A stretch of DNA of 64,000 nt, taken from an uncultured Dehalococcoidia bacterium. Lineage in GTDB: Bacteria > Chloroflexota > Dehalococcoidia > Lucifugimonadales > UBA3495. The translations under genes and the position numbers were made by a program. A model generated the notes under the pieces. That model was not told where the DNA came from. It did not search any database and was given only the letters and a program-made list of their open reading frames with translations. This document shows positions 17,930-27,424 of the stretch, in pieces; position 1 is the first letter of the stretch; every line of letters begins with the position of its first letter. The DNA lies in NCBI GenBank assembly GCA_951813535.1, contig OX638345.1, positions 3,028,608 to 3,092,607 on the forward strand, read 5' to 3'.

Positions 17930-19780
17930 ATGCGCTACGCACCTGCCTGGTTCGTCCTCGGTTTGATGGTGGTGATCGCTGCTGTCGGTTGCTTCTTTGG
18001 CGACGAGCCTGCGCCCGACCCTCCCAGCGTCGACCTGCAGGCAACCATCGACGCGGCCCTGGCCAGAGTCGCAGCCTCCGAAGGGTCCGACGCCACACCT
18101 ACGACGATGCCATCGCCCGTTGCCAACACTCCCACCGCACAGCCGGACAATGCTCCGTCTCCTCAGGCTATTCCGACCACGGCGATGCCGACCCGGCCAC
18201 AGACAACGACCACGGCGGAGTCAGCGTTCCGCCTGTCCGACGCACGCAACTGGGAATTCGCGGAACGGGCCGATCCGGCCGTCGTAGCGCAGATACGCAG
18301 CATCAGCTGGATTGCCGACGGCCTGCAGACCTCCGACGAATTCAACGCCGCCGAGCGCATGGTCAATCTGGGCATAGACGCGCCCGAGACTTTGAACCGG
18401 ATGCTGGACTCGGACGAGTTCAAAAACGAACTGCGGCCGATGGATTTGCCAGCGCTACTCTCGCTGCAGCGAATGGCGCAGGACCGGCCGGAGCGGTTGG
18501 CACAACTCACTGACGCAGGCTGGTTCCGGGACGGGCTGACCACTAGCGAAGCGGCGATAGTTTCCGTTCTCTACGAGCGTTCCAGGTTCCGCTCTCCGGA
18601 GTTCGACGACATAGTCGCCGACCCGGGCATTCTCAACGTGGAACTGGGAGCCACCACCAACCGGAGCGGGTCAACTGTCCCGATTGCGATACTGCGCTCC
18701 GGTCCCGCCCCCGCCGGCTCTCCGGTCATGGGGGTGGCGCAAACCGCAGTGTCTGTGTTTGAGGGCATGTTCGATGCCCGATTTCCCACTCCGGCGATCG
18801 TCATACACGTCACCGACTACGTCGCCGGCGTGGCCGCAGGCACCAATTTTCAAACACACATCACTTTGCTGCCAGAGATCGACGACAACTCCAAGCCGGA
18901 ATTTGCCCCGCACGCTGTCTATCACGAGATTGCGCACTATTTTCTGTACGCGGAACCATACTGGCTTGCCGAGGGAGGAGCCGATTTAGCGGCATCTTAT
19001 GCCCGTCGGGTCACCACCGGCGCTCGCCTGGAATCGACCAACTATCCCTGCGACGGGGCATCTTCCCTCAGCGAGTTGGAACTGCGGTCACCCGACAACA
19101 CTCACGAGGCCCAGGCTGATCCCGGCCTGTGGCGGTGCAATTACTTCCTCGGCGAGAGGTTGCTGCTGGCGCTGTACCGAAAATTGGGCGAGGAACAATT
19201 TCTCCAGGGCTGGCGAGCGCTGTACGCGAAGCTGAGCGGAGATCCCTCCTATCCATCGCAACGGGAATTCACCGAGACTGACATTCGCGTGGAGTGGCTC
19301 CGGGCCGGTGGCATGTTGCTGCAGCCCGACCTCGAGCATATTTGGGACCAATGGTACCGGGGCCGGGGTAGCAGAGTGGTGCCAGGAGCGCCCGACCCGT
19401 CGCCCGTAGACGCTAACCTGCCCGGAATCAACGGCCGCATCGACCGGGCTTACGTGGCCCTGACCACCGATGGTCAGGCCGTGGACAGTTTCTCCGCGTC
19501 GGATGTTGAAGGGTGGGTGTACCTGACCCTACAGTACACCTACTCACTGTCCGGTGGCCCGCAGGGTCTCACCCTGGAGTTGGCCGAGTATTTCGAAGAC
19601 GGCTTTTCCAACGGGCGCCGTACCGTGCAGGTGACCGCGCAGCCCCAGCACATCGGGGGCACCCAATGGCTTTCGGTTGGCCCGACCGCTCCGCTCCGGT
19701 GGGCTCCTGGACGCTACTGGGTTTACGTGTACGAATCGGGCCGCAAGGTCTCCGAGGTCCAATTCGAAGTCACCCCGTAG
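17930..19780 (+). CDS. Secreted/lipoprotein gluzincin-like metallopeptidase (peptidase-MA-like)
   Basis: Real start is ATG 17930 (MRYAPAWFVLGLMVVIAAVGCFFGDE, lipobox-like). The part of the 754-aa ORF upstream of 17930 is antisense to the SDR gene. AVYHEIAHYFLYAEPYWLAEGGADL gives HExxH plus a downstream Glu, as in MA-clan peptidases. Confidence 0.6.
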   Translation: MRYAPAWFVLGLMVVIAAVGCFFGDEPAPDPPSVDLQATIDAALARVAASEGSDATPTTMPSPVANTPTAQPDNAPSPQAIPTTAMPTRPQTTTTAESAFRLSDARNWEFAERADPAVVAQIRSISWIADGLQTSDEFNAAERMVNLGIDAPETLNRMLDSDEFKNELRPMDLPALLSLQRMAQDRPERLAQLTDAGWFRDGLTTSEAAIVSVLYERSRFRSPEFDDIVADPGILNVELGATTNRSGSTVPIAILRSGPAPAGSPVMGVAQTAVSVFEGMFDARFPTPAIVIHVTDYVAGVAAGTNFQTHITLLPEIDDNSKPEFAPHAVYHEIAHYFLYAEPYWLAEGGADLAASYARRVTTGARLESTNYPCDGASSLSELELRSPDNTHEAQADPGLWRCNYFLGERLLLALYRKLGEEQFLQGWRALYAKLSGDPSYPSQREFTETDIRVEWLRAGGMLLQPDLEHIWDQWYRGRGSRVVPGAPDPSPVDANLPGINGRIDRAYVALTTDGQAVDSFSASDVEGWVYLTLQYTYSLSGGPQGLTLELAEYFEDGFSNGRRTVQVTAQPQHIGGTQWLSVGPTAPLRWAPGRYWVYVYESGRKVSEVQFEVTP

Positions 19781-19832
19781 TCCGTGCGAGCGTTCGCGCA
19801 CCTGAACCAACTGGAACAAGGAAGCAATCGGC

Positions 19833-20657
19833 ATGAACTACAAACGGTTGGGATCGTCGAGCCTGGTGGTCCCCGAGATTGGGTTGGGCACTTGGCGATA
19901 CACCGGGGGCCCCGAACCGCTCCGACGAGGCGTCGAACTGGGCGCAAACCTGATTGACACTGCGGAGATGTACCGCACCGAAGGGGCGGTAGGTGAAGCC
20001 ATAACCGGCATTCGGGACCAGGTCATCGTTGCAACCAAGGTTCTGGGTACTCATCTGCGCTACGACGAGGTGCTGAAGGCGGCCGACCAGAGCCTCCGGT
20101 TGCTGGCCGTGGAATGCATCGACCTGTACCAAATCCACTGGCCCAACCCCAGGGTGCCCATCGCCGAAACCATGCGGGCGATGGACCGGCTGGTATCCGA
20201 CGGTCTCGTGGAGCACGTGGGCGTCAGCAACTTTTCGGTGGATGAGATGCGGGAAGCGCAGGCCGCGATGCCGAACATTCCCATCGTTTCCAACCAGATC
20301 CTGTACAACCTGCGCCGGCGCAGCGCCGAGCGCGACGTCATCCCCTACTGCCGGCGTAACGACATCACGGTGATCGCGTATTCGCCTTTGCACGAAGGGG
20401 CCCTGATGGGCAACCGGGGCGGACGCCTGCGACGGGCGCTGGGCAGGAACCGTGACAGCGACGCACTGGAAGAAATTGCCGGCGAGGTCGGGAAAACGGC
20501 GGCTCAGGTCGCGCTGAACTGGGTTGCCGACCAGGCGGGGATCATCGCCATCCCGAAGTCCAACAGCGTCGAGAGGACGGAAGCCAACTGCGCGGCATCG
20601 GGCTGGAGCCTCACCGCGGAGCAGCGCCAGGCATTGGACCGGGCTTTTCCCATCTAG
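19833..20657 (+). CDS. Aldo/keto reductase
   Basis: MNYKRLGSSSLVVPEIGLGTW..IDTAEMY..IDLYQIHWP..GVSNFS are typical AKR motifs. Confidence 0.85.
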   Translation: MNYKRLGSSSLVVPEIGLGTWRYTGGPEPLRRGVELGANLIDTAEMYRTEGAVGEAITGIRDQVIVATKVLGTHLRYDEVLKAADQSLRLLAVECIDLYQIHWPNPRVPIAETMRAMDRLVSDGLVEHVGVSNFSVDEMREAQAAMPNIPIVSNQILYNLRRRSAERDVIPYCRRNDITVIAYSPLHEGALMGNRGGRLRRALGRNRDSDALEEIAGEVGKTAAQVALNWVADQAGIIAIPKSNSVERTEANCAASGWSLTAEQRQALDRAFPI

Positions 20658-20774
20658 CCCAAATCGGGCAACCCGGTGGCCGCGTACCTGACCGGGCCAT
20701 GCGCCAGGCCCCGGTATGGTACGCTTTGCGGCGCGAATCTACCGTCATCCATGCCCGACCGGAGGTGTACTGAA

Positions 20775-21662
20775 ATGTCTCTGCGTTCCGACCTGAAAAG
20801 CCGGCTGACCGCCGGGGAAACGATTCTCGCCCCGGGCGCCTACGATCCGATGTCGGCGCGAGTGGTGCAGTCTTTGGGGTTCGATACCGTGTACGTGGGC
20901 GGCTACATGAGTGGGGCCCACCTGGCCGTCACCGAGCCGCTCATGACGCTGACCGAGCAGGTCGACGTCGCCCAGCGGGTGGCGAAATCGGTGCCGCTGC
21001 CGGTGATCTGCGACGCCGGCGCCGGCTACGGGGATCCAGTCCACACCATGCACACGGTGCGCACCTTCGAGCGGGCCGGCATCTGCGGCATCCACATCGA
21101 GGACCAGGTGTTCCCCAAGCGGGCGTCATACCACGCCGGCCTGGAGCACGTCATTCCCATGGACGAGTTCCTGGAGAAGATGCGCTACGCCCTGGAAGCC
21201 CGCAGCGACCCCGACTTCCTGATCATCGGCCGCACCGACTCCTTCACCGCTGTCGAGGGCGATATGGAGGATGCGATCCGACGGGGCAATGCCCTGCGTG
21301 ATCTCGGCGTGGACGTGGTGATGCCTCGCGGCGTGCGCCAGCGGGAAGACCTGGCCACCTACCGCGCCGGCGTCCCCGACGTGCCGCTGCTGGTCATCGC
21401 CGGCACCGACGACATCACCGTGCAGGAATACGAAGAACTGGGCTACAAGGTCATCATCTATGCCACAACCCCGGCCATCGCAGCGGTGCAGGGCATCCAA
21501 CAGGCGTACACCAACCTCCGCGACACCGGCCACATCGGCATCGGAGCCGCCGAGGTGGCCCAACGCCGCGCCGAGGTGGAGGCGTTGATCAGCCTGCCCG
21601 AGTACCAGGCGGTGGAAGCGGCCACCACCGAGCGCGAATTCCAGGACCGCGCGCACCACTGA
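20775..21662 (+). CDS. Isocitrate lyase/PEP mutase family protein (methylisocitrate lyase / carboxyvinyl-carboxyphosphonate phosphorylmutase-like)
   Basis: ILAPGAYDPMSARVVQSLGFDTVYVGG..DAGAGYGD..GIHIEDQVFPKR..IIGRTDS. ATG 20775 follows GGAGG. Confidence 0.75.
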   Translation: MSLRSDLKSRLTAGETILAPGAYDPMSARVVQSLGFDTVYVGGYMSGAHLAVTEPLMTLTEQVDVAQRVAKSVPLPVICDAGAGYGDPVHTMHTVRTFERAGICGIHIEDQVFPKRASYHAGLEHVIPMDEFLEKMRYALEARSDPDFLIIGRTDSFTAVEGDMEDAIRRGNALRDLGVDVVMPRGVRQREDLATYRAGVPDVPLLVIAGTDDITVQEYEELGYKVIIYATTPAIAAVQGIQQAYTNLRDTGHIGIGAAEVAQRRAEVEALISLPEYQAVEAATTEREFQDRAHH

Positions 21663-21752
21663 TTGACCGCAGATCTTGGGATGATCGGCTCCGGCGTCGC
21701 TGCCGGGGCCGGCGACGCCGTGCCACGCCTTGATAAAGGGAAGGAGACTATC

Positions 21753-22022
21753 ATGGCTACCGAGAAACGCCGGCGCAGCGATCTGGTGACCCGCGCCCAC
21801 GCCATCTACGACACAGAGCTGCGGCGCAAGCTGGAACCGCACGAACACGGCCGCTATCTGGCCCTGGAGGTCGAGACGGGCGACTATGCGATTGGAGACC
21901 GGTTCAGAGACGCCAACGAAAAGTTGCGGGAACGGCACCCGCTGCCGACTCAGTTTTTTGTCTTTCGCATCGGTTATCCGGCAGCGGTGAAGATGGGCGG
22001 GCATTATGGGGGCAGATTGTGA
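21753..22022 (+). CDS. Small protein (89 aa), upstream partner of the retropepsin-like protease
   Basis: ATG 21753 follows AAGGGAAGGAGA. The stop overlaps the downstream GTG start (GTGA at 22019-22022). GRYLALEVETGDYAIGDRFRDANEKLRERHP..FVFRIGYPA has the look of a small DUF5678-like domain (from memory, unverified). Confidence 0.5.
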   Translation: MATEKRRRSDLVTRAHAIYDTELRRKLEPHEHGRYLALEVETGDYAIGDRFRDANEKLRERHPLPTQFFVFRIGYPAAVKMGGHYGGRL

Positions 22023-22381
22023 TTGCCGGGTTCGTCAATCAAGACTTGGAACCCATCGTGCCTGTCGCAATTTTGGATATCAACGGCTATCGGTGGCGCC
22101 GGGAAGTAATTGTCGATACCGGATTCGACAGTGACCTGACACTTGACGCCCGATTCATCGGACAACTGGGTTTCACTCCCGCCGGCCAGACTGAGATGAC
22201 GCTGGCTGACGGTCAGACAGTCAAGTGCAATTTTTACGAGGCCACAGTTATTTGGGACGGGGATCACCGTGGCGTCTACGTCATGGAATCGGAAAATCAG
22301 TTCCTGCTGGGTACAAATCTGTACAGAGGCAGCACACTGACCGTGCAAATGTGGGAAGGCGGCGACGTGTTTATTGACTAG
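22019..22381 (+). CDS. Clan AA retropepsin-like aspartic protease, DTGF type
   Basis: 120 aa. EVIVDTGFDSDLTL (DTG catalytic triplet in a DTGF context), with later FLLGTNLY. Confidence 0.65.
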   Translation: MIAGFVNQDLEPIVPVAILDINGYRWRREVIVDTGFDSDLTLDARFIGQLGFTPAGQTEMTLADGQTVKCNFYEATVIWDGDHRGVYVMESENQFLLGTNLYRGSTLTVQMWEGGDVFID

Positions 22382-23903
22382 GCGACCCATCGCGCCACGC
22401 CACCTGCCCGGCTACGATGGTCGCCACCGCACGCACGCAGGGCAAATCCCCCACCGAGATCGCAAGCGGGTCAGGTTGCACCACCGCCAGGTCGGCCGGC
22501 ATTCCGGGCGCGACGCGCCGTTGACCGGAGTGCAGGGCCAGCGCCTCGGCCACTGACCTCACCCCAACACCTCCGATATCGAACCCGCTACCAGATTGGC
22601 GGGACATGGCGGCTGCCATTGACGCCCACGGGTTCGGTTCGATAACCGGCGCGTCGGAGCCCAGGACGGTGGTGATTCCTCGGGAGACCAGCGCGCCCAC
22701 CGGGTAGAGATGCGGCAGGAGACGGGTAGTGACGGTGCTGCGGTACCGTTCGCCGTCGTAGTGCAAGAACCCGGGATTGGGAACCACCATCGCGCCGCTT
22801 TGTGCCACCAACTCGAGAACATCGGGCGGGCATTCGGCGCAGTGCTCGATGCGGTCCAGAGGCTGCCTCTCGCCCCCGGTCACGACCGGTGGGGCGTCGC
22901 CTATGGCCAGCGCCGCCGCGACGACGGCGTCCCTCTCCACGGCGTGTATAGCCACTGGAAATCCCAATTCGTGCGCGTGGGCCACCATCTCCGTTAACTG
23001 GTCCGGATCGGGGCGCAGTTGCCCGGTGGAAGCGGTGAGCATGATTTTGGCGTGGCCCACGGCGAGCAGACCCTGGTTTGCCGTGGCCCCGTAGCCCAGC
23101 CCGGCCGCCCGCATCTCCTCCAGACGGTCGAAGCCGACCATCATGGTCAGCCGCAGGGGCAATGTGCCGGCACCGGTCACCTCCTGGAAATAGCGCCAGC
23201 GATCCAGACCGTTGCTCGGGCCGGCATCGGTGCCCTGCGTTGTGCCGTAGCCCAGCATCCTCTCACCGAAATCGCCCAGGGCGTCCCTCATGACCTCAGG
23301 AGATGGGTCTTCGGATACTCCCGTCCGGTCACGCAGCCATTCGGACATTTCCAATAGCAGGCCGGTCGGTTCCCCGTCGGTATCGCGGACAATCACGCCT
23401 TCAGGTGGATCCGCTGTCTGACGGTCGATGCCCACCGATGCCAGCGCGCGGCTGTTGAGTGCGCACGCGTGGCCGGAACGATGTTCTACCCTGACCGGCC
23501 GTGTGGAGGAAACGCGATCCAGGTCGTGGCGAGTCAGATGCCGGCCCAAGCCGAGCGGGGAGTCGTCGTATCCGTAGCCACGTATCCAACCGTCTCCGGA
23601 AGCCGCAGACCTTCGCAGCGATTCAACAATCTCCTCCACATCGCGCGCCTCAGCCGGACGGCAATCCACCCGCAGGCTGGCGGCGGCGGCGGCCAGCAGG
23701 TGGCAATGGGCGTCGACGATGCCCGGTATGACCGCACGGCCGGCGCAGTCCAGCACAGCGGTGCCCGGACTCGCCAGCCGCCGGATTGCGCGGTCGTCGC
23801 CGGCCGCCAGAACCTTGCCGCCGGCCACTGCCAGCGCGGTCGGATTACCCTCGCCGGCGAGGATTTTGCCGTTGAGGAGAACGATATCTACAGGAGGCGT
23901 CAT
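22371..23903 (-). CDS. Amidohydrolase family protein (amidohydrolase_3-like, large TIM-barrel hydrolase)
   Basis: RAVIPGIVDAHCHLL metal motif, with later AIHAVE and GSDAPV. 510 aa. Confidence 0.8.
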   Translation of the reverse strand: MTPPVDIVLLNGKILAGEGNPTALAVAGGKVLAAGDDRAIRRLASPGTAVLDCAGRAVIPGIVDAHCHLLAAAAASLRVDCRPAEARDVEEIVESLRRSAASGDGWIRGYGYDDSPLGLGRHLTRHDLDRVSSTRPVRVEHRSGHACALNSRALASVGIDRQTADPPEGVIVRDTDGEPTGLLLEMSEWLRDRTGVSEDPSPEVMRDALGDFGERMLGYGTTQGTDAGPSNGLDRWRYFQEVTGAGTLPLRLTMMVGFDRLEEMRAAGLGYGATANQGLLAVGHAKIMLTASTGQLRPDPDQLTEMVAHAHELGFPVAIHAVERDAVVAAALAIGDAPPVVTGGERQPLDRIEHCAECPPDVLELVAQSGAMVVPNPGFLHYDGERYRSTVTTRLLPHLYPVGALVSRGITTVLGSDAPVIEPNPWASMAAAMSRQSGSGFDIGGVGVRSVAEALALHSGQRRVAPGMPADLAVVQPDPLAISVGDLPCVRAVATIVAGQVAWRDGSPSQ

Positions 23904-24011
23904 TAGAGATTCGGAGATCGCCCGTTGCGGAAGGATCGACCATTCACGGTGCTATAATCGCGTCCCACCAAGCCTGCAGCCACATTGAGCACATCTATCG
24001 GGAGCAACATT

Positions 24012-24815
24012 ATGCCGGAACTGGAAATCATCATGGGCGGCTACTCCATCAACACCGACCAGACGCGGTTGGGGCTCTGTACCGTCACCCTGATTCGCGG
24101 CGAAGTGCTCTCAATCGTGGACGTGGCCCACTTCGGTCGCCGCAACATGCTGGTCGATGAGCTGGCCGCCCACGGTATTTCCACCGACGACATCGGTCGG
24201 GTGATCCTGACCCACGCCCATTGGGACCACTCCCAGAATACCGATCTGTTCCCCAATGCGGAAATCGTGATCCACGCCGACGAACTGGAATACAGCCGCA
24301 ACCCTCGGGTCGGCGACCTGGCGACCGCGAGGTACTTCGCCGACACCCTGCTGAGTCAGAACGTGAACGCGGTCAGCGGTGAAACCGAGCTGGAGCCCGG
24401 CGTCAGGATTATCGAGACCCCGGGGCATACGCGCGGGCACATCAGCGTGGTGGTTGAAACGGAAGCCGGTGCGATATGCATCGGTGGAGACGCCATGTCG
24501 GATGCCGGCGCAATCGGCCGGGGTACGCCAGCGATCATCTTTTGGAGCGAGGCCGACGCCAGGGCCAGCATCCAGAAAATCGTCGCCGCCGCCAACACCA
24601 TCTATCCGGGCCACGACCGTCCCTTCCGGGTGGAGTCCAACGGCGACATCACCTACCTTGCCGATTCTCCGACTCTTGAGGTCAGCGGCGTGCTGCACTA
24701 CGCCAGCGGCGCGGTTACGGTCAAACTCGGGCGGGCCGATCACCCCGGCACCACCGTGATGCCCAGCGCCATCGACTACCAGGGCGGGGGACAGAGTCAC
24801 CCCGGTCACTGCTGA
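24012..24815 (+). CDS. MBL-fold metallo-hydrolase
   Basis: VILTHAHWDHSQN (HxHxDH) and TPGHTRGH. ATG 24012 follows GGGAG. The ORF opens at TTG 23985. Confidence 0.8.
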   Translation: MPELEIIMGGYSINTDQTRLGLCTVTLIRGEVLSIVDVAHFGRRNMLVDELAAHGISTDDIGRVILTHAHWDHSQNTDLFPNAEIVIHADELEYSRNPRVGDLATARYFADTLLSQNVNAVSGETELEPGVRIIETPGHTRGHISVVVETEAGAICIGGDAMSDAGAIGRGTPAIIFWSEADARASIQKIVAAANTIYPGHDRPFRVESNGDITYLADSPTLEVSGVLHYASGAVTVKLGRADHPGTTVMPSAIDYQGGGQSHPGHC

Positions 24816-24876
24816 AGCGCTCCCCGGCAATCGCGCTTCAGCCGAACACCGCATAGCCGAGAGGCGTCATACTGCG

Positions 24877-25788
24877 ATGCAGGCGGTCATTTTCGACTGG
24901 GATTTGACCCTTTGGAACAGTTGGGGCATCCATCTGGGCCTGATGGAGAGCACCGCGGCTGAGCTGGGCAAGGTCGCGCCCACCGCCGAAGCGGTCGCCG
25001 CCGAGTTCCATCGCCCGTTTCACCAGCATCTCCTGTGGTTCTTTGGGAGTCATCCGGACGCCGAGAACGAGTTGGACGGCATCCTCCCCATCTACCTGAG
25101 CCACTACCACGCAATTGACGGACATCGCCGTTACCTGTACCCGGGAGTTGCCACGCTGCTGAACGCCTTCCGGCGACGCGGGATACGCGTGGGCATCCTT
25201 TCCGACAAGATCCCGTACTTCGGTGAGATCGAACTGCGGGAGTCCGGTCTGTCCCCGCTTGTGGAGTACGCAAACTTCAAGACCGACGCGCGGCCCTACA
25301 AACCGGCGCCCGACGGCCTGGTGGATGTCCTCAAGAATATGGCGGTGGACCCGGCAGACGCCATGTACGTGGGCGACGGGCCGCAGGACATCGCCTGCGC
25401 CCGCAGCGTCGGGGCGACTTCAGCCGCCGCACTGTGGGCAACTATCGACAAGGACGCCATACTGGCCGAGCAGCCGACCCACCGCGTATACCGTCCCCAC
25501 CAGGTGATGGCCGTGGTCGCCGAAGCGAACGGGTACGGCGGTTCTGATCCCTGGCGGCGGCATCTTCCGTGGCCATGGCGTCCGAACCCGGACAACCCCG
25601 AAGACGACCAAGACGCAAAGAACGCCAACCTTGCCGACGCCGGCGACGACGTGGGTCAGTCGCCGTTGCTGTCCTGGCCACTGGCGGACCGTTGGCGTGG
25701 GCGCACCCAGGACCTGGCGCTGCCGCCGAGGGATGCCAACCCCATCGCCCCTCTCAGATTGCAAACCGGCGCGGACGATGGCGGTTGA
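24877..25788 (+). CDS. HAD family hydrolase (phosphoglycolate phosphatase-like) with an odd C-terminal tail
   Basis: MQAVIFDWDLTLWNS (DxD), ILSDK, and YVGDGPQDIACA. The last ~80 aa are low-complexity and may be read-through. Confidence 0.7.
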   Translation: MQAVIFDWDLTLWNSWGIHLGLMESTAAELGKVAPTAEAVAAEFHRPFHQHLLWFFGSHPDAENELDGILPIYLSHYHAIDGHRRYLYPGVATLLNAFRRRGIRVGILSDKIPYFGEIELRESGLSPLVEYANFKTDARPYKPAPDGLVDVLKNMAVDPADAMYVGDGPQDIACARSVGATSAAALWATIDKDAILAEQPTHRVYRPHQVMAVVAEANGYGGSDPWRRHLPWPWRPNPDNPEDDQDAKNANLADAGDDVGQSPLLSWPLADRWRGRTQDLALPPRDANPIAPLRLQTGADDGG

Positions 25789-25845
25789 CCGCCAGGCGTC
25801 GTGGCCGCGTATGCTTCGTCGCGAGTAGACCGCGTCTGAGGCGCG

Positions 25846-25873
25846 TTGCCAGAGGTTATGTTGCTTGTATAAT
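25846..25873 (+). promoter_or_regulatory. Candidate sigma70-type promoter for scoAB
   Basis: TTGCCA-16 nt-TATAAT, about 80 nt upstream of ATG 25955. Confidence 0.4.
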
Positions 25874-25954
25874 GGCCGCAGCCGTTGCGCCCCCGGTGAC
25901 AACGGCATCGCCGCAGGTTAGCCGCGGCGACACCAGAAATGGGAGTCCACCCCA

Positions 25955-26653
25955 ATGAAGAACAAGGTTTTTCCCGATTTCGACTCCGCCGTTGCCGACA
26001 TGAAAGACGGCATGACCTTTATGTCGCCCGGTTTTGGCAACGTGGGCCTGGCCCGCAATCTCCTCGCCGCGGTGCACCGGCTGGGCGTCAAGGATCTCAC
26101 CGGCATTTCCAACAACGCCGGCTCAATGGACGACCGGGTGGATGTCGGCACGTTGATCGAAGCCCGCCAGGTCAAGAAGATGATCTGTGCGTTCACCGCG
26201 CCGACGCATCCGTCTCAGATCACGCCCTTCGTGCAGATGTACAACGACGACGAGCTGGACGCAGAGCTGGTCCCCCAGGGCACCCTGGCCGAGCGCATGC
26301 GGGCCGCCGCGGCCGGCATCGGCGCTTTCTACACGCCGGCCAGCGTCGGCACCGAACTGGCTGAAGGCAAGGAGCACCGGGAAATCAACGGGCGCACCTA
26401 CGTGCTCGAGTATCCGTTGCCGGCCGATTTCGCCCTCATCCGCGCCTACCGGGCCGACACCTTTGGCAACCTTCAGTTCCGCCTGACCCAACGCAACTTC
26501 AACCCTATCATGGCCATGGCTGCCGACATCACCGTGGTCGAGGTGGAAGACAGCATCGTTGAACCTGGGGAGATCGACCCGGACTGCGTACACGTTCCTG
26601 GAATCTACGTTGATCGACTGGTAAAGATCCCGGAAGACGGGCTTTGGGACTGA
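25955..26653 (+). CDS. scoA: 3-oxoacid CoA-transferase subunit A
   Basis: MKNKVFPDFDSAVADMKDGMTFMSPGFG.. and GTLAERMRAAAAGIGAFYTP are typical of the family I CoA-transferase A subunit. Confidence 0.85.
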   Translation: MKNKVFPDFDSAVADMKDGMTFMSPGFGNVGLARNLLAAVHRLGVKDLTGISNNAGSMDDRVDVGTLIEARQVKKMICAFTAPTHPSQITPFVQMYNDDELDAELVPQGTLAERMRAAAAGIGAFYTPASVGTELAEGKEHREINGRTYVLEYPLPADFALIRAYRADTFGNLQFRLTQRNFNPIMAMAADITVVEVEDSIVEPGEIDPDCVHVPGIYVDRLVKIPEDGLWD

Positions 26654-26720
26654 CGACGCCGGTTCAAGTCAGCAACGGCGCCGCATCAGGCACGCGATAG
26701 AGAACACAAGGAGTACGACG

Positions 26721-27410
26721 ATGACCACTGCGGACAAGCCCCGTCTCTCTCGACAAACCATGTGTGATCGGCTGGCGATGGAATTCCAGGACGGTTGGAT
26801 CGTGAACCTCGGCGTGGGGATGCCTACGCTGTGTTCCAACTACCTGGAGTCCGAGCCCGACAAAGAGATCATTTTTCACTCCGAAAACGGAGTGATCGGA
26901 TTTGGTCCGCTGGCTCCGGCCGGGGAAGAAGACCGGCACCTGGTCAACGCCGGTGGCCAGAACGTGGTCGCCCTGCCCGGCATGGCCATAGTGCACCACG
27001 CCGATTCCTTCGGCATCATCAGGAAGGGCATGGTGGACGTGACGGTGATGGGAGCGTACGAGGTGTCCGAAAACGGCGACTTCGCCAACTGGCGCATACC
27101 GGTGCGCAAGGGCGGCGGCATCGGCGGCGCGATGGACCTGGCCGGCTGCGCCAAGCGCGTGTTCATCGCCATGGAGCACAACCAGCGCAATGGCGCGCCC
27201 CGCGTCCTCAAGCAGTGCAGCCTGCCCATAACCGCGCCGGGAGTGGTAAAGCTGCTGGCGACGGATCTAGGGCTGTTTGAAATCACCGAAGACGGCTTCG
27301 TTCTGCGCGAACACGCCCCCGGCTGGTCCCCCGAGGACATCCAGGAGCAAACCGAGGCCGAGCTGATCATCGCCGACGACCTGCGGGAGATACGGGTGCG
27401 GCCGGCGTAG
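26721..27410 (+). CDS. scoB: 3-oxoacid CoA-transferase subunit B
   Basis: IVNLGVGMP..FHSENGVIGFGP..GGAMDL (catalytic Glu in the SENG motif). Confidence 0.85.
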   Translation: MTTADKPRLSRQTMCDRLAMEFQDGWIVNLGVGMPTLCSNYLESEPDKEIIFHSENGVIGFGPLAPAGEEDRHLVNAGGQNVVALPGMAIVHHADSFGIIRKGMVDVTVMGAYEVSENGDFANWRIPVRKGGGIGGAMDLAGCAKRVFIAMEHNQRNGAPRVLKQCSLPITAPGVVKLLATDLGLFEITEDGFVLREHAPGWSPEDIQEQTEAELIIADDLREIRVRPA

Positions 27411-27424
27411 CCGCGCAGTCAACC

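Noticed and set aside
25560-25788. C-terminal ~80-aa extension of the HAD hydrolase (PWRRHLPWPWRPNPDNPEDD..)
   Set aside because: It is probably read-through of a stop-poor high-GC spacer rather than a functional domain. There are no repeats or motifs to support anything more.
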